Shown here: positions 55,286 to 64,000 of the stretch, piece by piece
Numbering within the stretch: the first letter of the stretch is position 1
Layout of the letters: each line of letters begins with the position of its first letter
Assembly (NCBI GenBank): GCA_965202585.1
Contig: OZ241828.1
Coordinates: 55,676,001-55,740,000, forward strand
DNA from: Thalia democratica
Lineage: Eukaryota
Direction of reading: 5' to 3'
DNA: 64,000 nucleotides
The notes under the pieces: generated by a model
Databases searched by the model: none
The model's input: the letters and a program-made list of their open reading frames with translations, nothing else
Told to the model about the DNA's origin: nothing
Program-made: the position numbers and the translations under genes

Positions 55286-58200
55286 ATCCCATTCTGGTTC
55301 AACAGCAATCAAATGAATACGTTTTAAAAAATGTGATTTTTGAGAGTTGTTGAATTTATTAGGCAAATAATAAATAAACCAAAAATGCATTTTGAGTGTT
55401 TGTGTTAATTATTAAATATAAAGATTTATAAGACCAACTACTAATGAATAACATTGGTATTTAACGCGACGTAAGGCTACTAAAAATAAAGTAAGGCAGC
55501 ACAAATTTTTGTTGAAATTTTATTAAATACAGTAACTTGCTAAATTAAAAAAAACTGACATCGTTTTATGTCTCTAAAAAATACTAGGTTACACCTTAAC
55601 AAAAATAAATTTTTCATAAGAATCAGCCGTAAGTATATTTTTTATATGTTAAACTTGAACGTAAAATTTAAAGTTGCTAACAGCATTTCGCTAATTTGTA
55701 ACTTAACCACGGTTTTCAAACTTAATTTCATAGACACCTCCCTGACAAATCGCCCCTTGTTTTTAACTGCCTAATAATATCGATTAACTTATAAAGTGTA
55801 CGTGCCGGTATAATAAAATACACAAGATACTTGATCCATGATGTATAATTTTAGATTAAAATAACTTGTAATACCAATTAATTTCGCTCTTTTCAACAAA
55901 GTGTTCGCAGAGTATTTAAATTTGTTTTCCAGTATAAAGTTGATAGTTAAACATTTTACCATCTCAATTCTAAAAATTATAATAAAACTCATTTAAGATA
56001 GACTAGTGCAACCCTAAGTATCCTGCTTAATAAACACGAATGCCAAACAAAGCACTAACTAAAATTACATAGTATCTGTGTCCTTCAATACTATAACATA
56101 TAATAATAGAAAACAATATCTTCACAGTTATTTGCTATTAGTAGAATTAATACATCTACTACTTAACACATGTACATTCAACACTACTAATCTTTAATAT
56201 GTTAAGTCAAGACCTAAAATAAATAGGAAGGGACCTTGAGAGTATTTATATATGTAGTTTTGTTTTGTAATATGTAGTGTTTAGTGAATGCGTACGCTAT
56301 GAGCAATCAATCTGACAATTATAGGAAATAGCGAAAAACGGACAATGTAAGATTTCTTGGTAAATGGTCTGAAGCTCTTACGGACACGGTACTTCTTATA
56401 ATAAGTCGCCAACAAGCACTATGTTAACTTTATTATAACAATCAACAAAAGCATAGGTGAAAGTCTACAAAACAAGTCTGGAATTCGAATGCCAAGAGAT
56501 AAGTTCGATTTTATCATAACAGCACAATAATCTATTTCCTGAATATTTTTAAAAGGTCCAAAAAATTTGTTATTGATTGAATATTTTAAAACAGGCATAA
56601 GTAGTGGTTGATTTCTACATATTGAATAAGGATATTGATTATGTCGTCGTAATGAAATTTTTGTTCCAATTATATCAGATTGTTACATACTAAATTGTAC
56701 TCTATTTCAGGGTTGCCAAAAAAATTGGAATTTTATAGATTTTTAAAACATGAATCATTTATAAAACTTTGAATTTTAAATTGTTTTTAGATAAATAGTA
56801 ATAAAGTTTCGGTTATAAACGTGAACTCTATCATATTAACATTTTTTTTCCATTTAATTTTTTGTTTTAAACACCTTAAGTAGCCTAACTTAATCTTTTC
56901 TATATTTTTATGCTGTTTAAGACAGTTTTTACCTCAATTTCAATTGAGTTATATAATTTAAAAACTTGTTCATTATGAGGCTTGGAAATAATTTAAAAAT
57001 GACTTTTGGAAACCTTATTTGTTTTCTTGTGTGGAAAGTTATTGTCTCTTTAATAAAAGTTGGTCTGACCATGGATTCTTTCATGAATTAAATTAAATCT
57101 ATACTAGTCTGATAAGTAATAAGAGCTGCAAGTACTTTATTTTAATTTAAGGTGTTTAGCCTGTTGTAAGTTAGTTTTAAAAAATAGCAATAAACCGACG
57201 AAAAAATTAGCTACAATTAGTTACAAGGTAGTCTTAGAAAATAATACATTGACAAAAGAAATAAATTTATTCTAACTTTGAAAAAAATATCGTAATGAGT
57301 TATAAAATTATCTAAGTAATCGATATTATAGACAATAAATGCAAACTTTACATAGTTCAATTTTATCCAAACATTAAACGAGAAAACTTAACAAAAGTCC
57401 TAAAATTCGTAAATAAATATACTTAAACAGAAAATAAAGACATTAAACTGATAGAACACACATAAAAAACTAAAACATTGTATAATTTTTCTAAGAAAAA
57501 TATAACTAATTTGACGTATCTTTGGTGCAGATTTTTGTTAATTTAAAGGAAAGTGTCTATTAACTTTTTGTTACAATTTATTTTTTAAGTGAATATTTAC
57601 TATAGGTTCTACTCAAAAAACCCTTACTACATCGAATTGCAAAAAAATTGCACTTGTTGTTACTAAAGATTTACCAGATCCATCAAATCAAAATCATCTG
57701 CTTTTTTAATTAAAATGTGGCCATATACGCATCTCATTTTCAAATCAAGATAGGCCGAGTTTGGATCCAGTAAGTTCAAAAGTTTTAGTGTGTTACACTT
57801 GGAGGTTATTTTTTCCTCCATTTATCATAACTTAAATTCTAATAGGAAAGAAAAGCTTATGTAGTCGACAGACTAGATTAACTTCAAAAGCTTTTGCGGG
57901 CAGAATTTATTAGAAAAAAATTTCGGCCAGCCAAGTAACTTTGGAAAATTAAATTTGTTTTGCTTTAATCGCAAAATTGTATTGATTTTTTTTTATCTAC
58001 CATTATGTACCAAAAATATAACTTATAGCAAATTAGTAAACCACTTTGTTATAAAAGAAGCTTAAATTTAGTTTACACTCTAAAAAAAGGTTGTACGCCA
58101 GAGGATTCTACTTAGCGGACCAGACTCAGCCTATAGGCCATACTTTGCCTACCCGCTAACCAATGAAAATGTTCTAGCTAATAATCAAATTAAGTTACAT

Positions 58201-58364
58201 AAACAATTTAAGGGTTTTAAATCACCAAATAGATGCAGAAATTCACAACATTTTTTCTTGAAATTAAATTCATAATTTGCTAATATGTTTGTATATATTT
58301 TTTTTAATATTTATGCCATGTTTACATAGTTTGTATATGTATTTATCAATAATTTTCTTTATTT

Positions 58365-58488
58365 ATATACTGTTTATTGAACGACATAAAAGCGTTCAAA
58401 ATATTTGGTACTAGGACTTGGTGCACGAAAAAACCTTTCGGTTATCGAGTCGCACACCACGTATAGCTTTTAACGTCTTGTCCAGGAC
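58365..58488 (-). repeat. ~125-bp structured interspersed repeat, copy 5 (most intact)
   Basis: Reverse complement GTCCTGGACAAGACGTTAAAAG..GGTGTGCGACTCGATAACCGAAAGGTTTTTTCGTGCACCAAGTCCTAGTACCAAATATTTTGAACGCTTTTATGTCGTTCAATAAAC. Confidence 0.8.
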
Positions 58489-60484
58489 TAATATTTTTTA
58501 AAGTATGTCGTTTTAGGAAAAGTTTAAAGTTTTTAGAACAATGAAATAGAAAAGCCTCACTAATACTTCATTCAAGTAGAAACTCTTTTTACAAGAAAAA
58601 ACTGAACTATTGAATTAAAGCAAACACAAGAAAAAATCTATACTAATAATCTGAAAAGAAAACGAACCTTTATTAAGTGTTCCATACTATTATAATTTGA
58701 TTTAAGTGTGGATAAGTTTTTGAAATAATTTGGTTTTTGTTGATGTTTTGTTGTTACTTTTTTTGTGCTTTTTGAATTTATATATATTATTAAAAATATA
58801 TATTAATCTTCTTCTCAAAAATAACTTTTTAGTTTGATCAAGCTTAAAAAGTACTACATATGTCATTATATGTATATTTTTTCTTTGGTCAAATATACAA
58901 TTATGATTTTTTGAAGGTTATATAATTTTCAATATTCTTGATTTTTTTTATTGAATACAAACATTAATCACAACTTAAACTATAATTTTTTTTATACAAC
59001 AGTAACAAAAAAAATTAGTAACATATTTTAATTTTTTTAATGTTAATTGAATACTGAACACCAACAACAAAAAAAACTATTAGTTTAAAATAAGTAAAGT
59101 CAATGGTCATAATTAAGTACTTGTTTTAATTGACTATCCCATAAGATAATCCTTTTTTCACTGGACAGAATCACATTGGACAAACATAGGTTTTGGTTTT
59201 AAGTTAAAATTCAGACTGTCAAAAAGATTCAATACATTAGTTAGAACAATAAAAAAAGTGCATACAAGACTGTAGTGTACATTTAACAACATGTGTACAA
59301 AATTGAACGGTTTTTGTAAATAATTTTTTGTTTTAGAGTTCTTTTGGTACTGGCCTTTACTTTAAAAAAGCAAATGTAGGTGTGTTTTTTAAAAGTAAAG
59401 TTCAGACAATAGTAAAAATTGTAAAACATTAACTAAAATAATAATAATATATTTTTATACAAGAACAAGACTGTACATTTAACAAAATCTGCAAAGTTTA
59501 AACTGTTTTTATAAAGAATTTTTAGTGTTTAAGCGCTTTGTCTGATTTTTTCAAATAAAAAACGAACTTTATTAGGCGGTATACACTTAACCTGTTTCAA
59601 AAAAGTAGTAAAAAATTATTGTATTTTTTATTAACACTTATTATATTTATATTATTGTTATTTAATGCTATAACTGTTTATACTAATGTTTTATAAATTG
59701 GATGCTGACTAAGAACTGACCATGTCAATTTAACTATTAACAAACTAAAAACATTACTAAAATGATAAATTTAGGGACAAGAGTTCATTAAAATTTAAGA
59801 CACTACACTTAAGAAGTATTGATTTGTCATGAAACGAAGGAAGCAAAACTATTATGAATAAAGCAAGCACCATGCTTTTATTGATACAGTAAAGGTAAAC
59901 ATATTCAAATAAAGAGTAAATAGAAAGTTTACCTTCGTTTTTTATCTTTTTTTGTTTTTTATAGTATCAAAAAAACATAAATAAGTATTTGTCAACTTAC
60001 AGTATACATCACTTAAAATTATTAAAAGAACTGAAACTGTGAATTTATATATTTTCGATAGTTTACTTGTGTCTTTTGAGGTAACGTTATGTCAAAAATG
60101 TAAAGTTGTTGTTTCTTTAAAGTAAGACATTTTTTAATAATAAATGACTGTTACTCCTTTTAAATAACTGGATCCGGATATACTTATAATAAGATATGCG
60201 AAAACTAATATCTAAAAATTAAGATCTAGCCGAAATCAGATCCATTTTTTAATTTTTGGTGAAAACCGAATTCGGTTAGATCATTAGTTGGTTTATTTAT
60301 TTTTTTTTAACTAATTTTATTTATACAACTTTAGTACAGTTTTCTTGTACATAGAAAAAGTTTTCGGATAAAATATTAAATTCTTAAGTAAATTAACTAG
60401 TCCTATAAAGGAAAATAGTTATTTAACTTTTTGATGAAAATAAGTAAACAAAGTTTCAAACCTAAAGTTTATTGTTTATTATTT

Positions 60485-60987
60485 GGGAACGGGTCAAAAT
60501 TGCACGAAGACAATTTGCACAAAGTTACTAATTTGCACGAGGGAACGAAGTTGCACGAAGATACTTTGGTATTAAGACAAATTTGCACTAGGGTACGAAA
60601 TTGCACGAGAGAGCAAAATTTAATGTTTTTAAGTATATAAAAAAAAAGTAATAAAAAGTTATTGATTGAGGGTAAGGGTTGGGGGTAACATGATTGTAAA
60701 AAAAAGAAATAATAACTAATAATGATTATTCTATAAAAATAAATCAACTATTAAAAAAAAAAGCTACCGACCGAGGGTAAGGGTTAGGGGTAACAGTGAT
60801 AGAAAAATAAATAAAAACTAAATGAAAAATTTTTAAATTAATATAAAAATAAAAATCATAATAAAAAAAATTCAACTCGTGCAAAAATGTCTCTGTGCAA
60901 AACTGACCCTTCGTGCAATTTTGTGCACTCGTGCAATTTTGTCCCCTCGTGCAATTTTGTACGCTCATGCAAATTTGACAGCTGCCC
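60485..60987. mobile_element. Second foldback-type element, related termini, TTGCACGA-unit arms, 9-bp TSD (8/9)
   Basis: Left GGGAACGGGTCAAAATTGCAC plus TTGCACGA repeats (~60485-60620). Right TCGTGCAA repeats ending ...TTTGACAGCTGCCC (~60877-60987). Flanks TTATTATTT / ATATTATTT. Confidence 0.8.
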
Positions 60988-61197
60988 ATATTATTTTCAT
61001 TATCAACAGCTTGCAGAGACTTAAACTTTTTCTTCTGAATCTTTGCTTTTCTTTTTTGAAATAAATAACATTATGAGGGTCGACGAAACCAAAAGTTTAA
61101 TGATATTTTCTGTCTATACATACAGCCATCGATAAAGCTAATAAGTAAACATTACTAGTGTAAACTAATGGTGTAAAGCAGAGGCTTTTATACTCAA

Positions 61198-61370
61198 AGA
61201 TCAATCTGAGCTGAAAAAAACCAAGTCAGCAAAAAAAAAAAAGAAGAAGCTGTTTTTCATGATATTTTAAACTTGTAATCTGATTAATTTATTAGTTAGG
61301 GGTAAGGGACACAAAAAAAAAGCTTTGAAAAAAATCTGCTGATCCAACTATTATCAGCTCAGACTGACCT
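61198..61370. mobile_element. Second, more decayed copy of the TTAA/AGG MITE
   Basis: AGATCAATCTGAGCTG ... CAGCTCAGACTGACCT. The internal GTCAGCA(G/A)AAAA is shared with the 13697 copy. TSD not preserved. Confidence 0.65.
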
Positions 61371-64000
61371 GGTATTAACTTTAGAAAAATTTAAGTAAAA
61401 AAAAAACAAGCTAATATTTACTCAATAAAAACGTTACTTCAAAATAAAACTACACCAATAGAAAATAGAACTGAAAGAACTTTCGAATAAGAATAATGAA
61501 ACGAATCTAATTAATTTTAAATAACAGTGCGTTACTTTGAAAACTTGATAAATAAAAGCTACAACTTCAAGAAGTTTTAAATAAAAACAATAAAATCAAA
61601 CTAATTTTTTGCATAGTAAAGTGCAACTTTAAAAACTGCATCAGTAAAAACAAGCACTAAAGAAATAACAATTGTCTCATAATTCAACTTATAGTGTAAC
61701 CAAAATATCAGCTAGTTTTTAAAAAAATTACAACAACAAAAAAAGCTAGTACTTATAAATAACAAGGTGTAACTTAAAAGACCACAATGATATTAAGTAA
61801 AGGAATAGTTCTAAAATAGCATCATACCAGAATAAAAAATTAAAATTTAACACAAGTAGCATTTAACATTAAAAGTTTCAATGAAGATCAAACTCATATC
61901 AAAGTTCTAACTTGTAATGTAACAAAAGCTGCAGAAACTCAAAAAATAACTTATATTTTTAATTCATATATAATGATCGCTAAATAATCTAAGTTTTTGT
62001 GTTTTAGGGAATCTGTTAAATAATAACTTTAAAAAGATATCAAGAAAAATATTAAAGAAGTTTTCACTATTAATCGTGTAGAATTATTTTTGAAATTTTA
62101 ATTTTTTAAAACTTTAAATTTTTATTAAAAATGTAAATTTATTTTGCTCTATATACAACATATTTTGAAAGAAATATGAAAAAATCAAACTAATAAGTTT
62201 TCGAAACTTAACTTTTATATTTAAGTTTATTATGTAATATTTCTTATTTAATCTTTAAATATAATTTACCATTGGCTAAAAGAAAGAAAATCTAAATTAA
62301 ATTCTAGTAAATGACAGGGTCTATTTATAAAAAAATAAACGTTTGCCTCTACTTTTTACTTTGTATTAACAGTGTACAATTTCGTTTTAAGAACTTAGAA
62401 CTTAATGATGATAATTTTAAATGAAGTTACAATACTAATTACGATTACTAAATTTTATCAACTGTATTATTCTAAGATTATATATATTCATACTAATACT
62501 CTTTGATAATGGTATTTCGTATAAATTTGCCCTAAATTTGAATGCAACATGCCAATCTGGTCTCCATACTTAAAATTTATGATAACCATATAGAATCTCT
62601 TCATAAAAAAGTAAAGAATAGTCTTTAACCGCTGCAATGCTCATTTTATTTCTTACTTTGACGACTATCAAAACTTAATATTTAATCTTTAGAATACAGA
62701 AGACTTATACTTTCCCTAATGCTTTCAAAACTAAAAACTACAGTTAACTTATAATCAATTTTTGAATCTTACAAAAAAAATTAGTCACAACAAAAATAAA
62801 TCGAAAAATGCATGCAGTCATAAGTATCTTTCAGTTTAAATGTGGAGTTAGCTTTAAAAAAAAAATGAATCTTTGCATAAAGTTGAACAAACTTGATTAA
62901 AGCTTACTTGATTAAAATAAGATACTTTATATTAGAAACTAAAAGTAATTTAACAAATTTTAAACTTATGCACCATTGATATAATATGTAGGATTTTGTT
63001 CATTCTATAGTTTGGTTTTATTAGAATTGCCTTTCCTATGTAAACCATTTTCCAATGTTTCTGATAAATTTTTATTTGACCTGTATTGTTAATGTGATTT
63101 AGACTTAAGGTTTTAAACCTAGTGCTTAGTCAATGCATTTAAATTTTTGACTTCTTTTTTCAATTGTCTTTACTTTAATTCTAATAATGTTTATTTTTAT
63201 TTTTCGATTATGCTTTGGCAAAGCTACAAAAAAAATGATAAAAAACAATGAAATACCAAATAGTTGCACAAATGTGCAGAACCTAACTCTAAAAGTTAGG
63301 ATGTGTATATCTGGTAGATGTATATTAAAGAAGAAGTTTTAGTCATAAATTTTTGTAGTTTGTTTGAATTCTGACATTGTAGTATATTCTTAATTTATTT
63401 TATAAAAGTAATCCTGAACTTATTTAAATGTAGAAGTGCGTAATTTAGACTATTTTGCTGATTGCTAACCTAAAATTATAGAAAAAATTTACTAAATTGT
63501 TTCAATATGTATTGCTGAATTTTGCAGAGAAGGTTGTTTGTTGAAAATAAATTGGAAGTTAATTCTAAAATAAAAGATTGTGCAGCTGTGTTTTGTTTTA
63601 TTGGAACTCACTGACCGTTAAAAGAGTTGATATTTAAGTTGCTTATTATAAAATTAAAACCAAGTTTGTTAACTTATTTCTCATTCGAATCATAAATAAG
63701 TTAATTATTCTTATACTAAGTGTTGATTTTTTTTGCTGTTAATCTAAAAAAATTAGATAAAACTGTAGTTTTTGATTTTAAGATATATAATTTTTTTTCT
63801 CTTCCTTATGTGCTATTTAGTTTAAGCGGCCCAGATTTTTATCTGTGGGTCTAGCGTAGGATAAAAAAAACTTTCAATAGATAAAAACATTAAAAATTAA
63901 ATTTTATTAAAGCTATCTGAACATTAAGTTTACTTTAAACAAAATTAACTAAATTTCGAAAAAAAATCCTTTTTGAGATCATTTTGTTTTTCAAACAAAT

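Noticed and set aside
56280-56660. Slightly GC-richer block downstream of RPS2
   Set aside because: Frames are short and unrecognisable; cannot be assigned.
60660-60800. TTAGGG-like motifs as interstitial telomere
   Set aside because: Only two degenerate GGGTAAGGGTT(G/A)GGGG units, inside a transposon.
60431-61064. Four short ORFs with CT/CK repeats
   Set aside because: Products of the TTGCACGA arrays of the second foldback element.

Overview
Eukaryotic, very AT-rich animal genomic DNA with GT-AG spliceosomal introns and mostly GC-rich coding exons. An invertebrate, possibly an ascidian/tunicate, is my inference; it is not shown. Four protein-coding genes can be reconstructed by hand: (1) the 5' part of a Smoothened gene on the minus strand (four exons, CRD to TM1, 5275-~8010; the remaining exons are not recognisable in the window); (2) a complete two-exon SMG9 (26644-28323, +); (3) a complete seven-exon LCLAT1-type acyltransferase starting 579 bp after the SMG9 stop (28903-40336, +); (4) a complete 40S ribosomal protein S2/uS5 gene (four coding exons, 51952-55285, +). 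There is also a stop-interrupted kelch fragment and a decayed CR1/L2-type reverse transcriptase. The rest is dense in non-autonomous DNA transposons, several with clear TIRs and target-site duplications: two related foldback elements with tandem-repeat arms, hAT-like, TTAA/Kolobok-like and Mutator-like MITEs, and six copies of a ~125-bp structured repeat. Best leads: a hammerhead-ribozyme-bearing repeat (intact catalytic core at 13409-13439, complementary broken copies at 13021-13070 and 31124-31168); a ~260-bp structured segment duplicated into two RPS2 introns (candidate H/ACA-type RNA); a possible SMG9-LCLAT1 operon/trans-splicing arrangement; and several splice-junction anomalies. All of this was read by eye with no database searches, so family names rest on remembered motifs.
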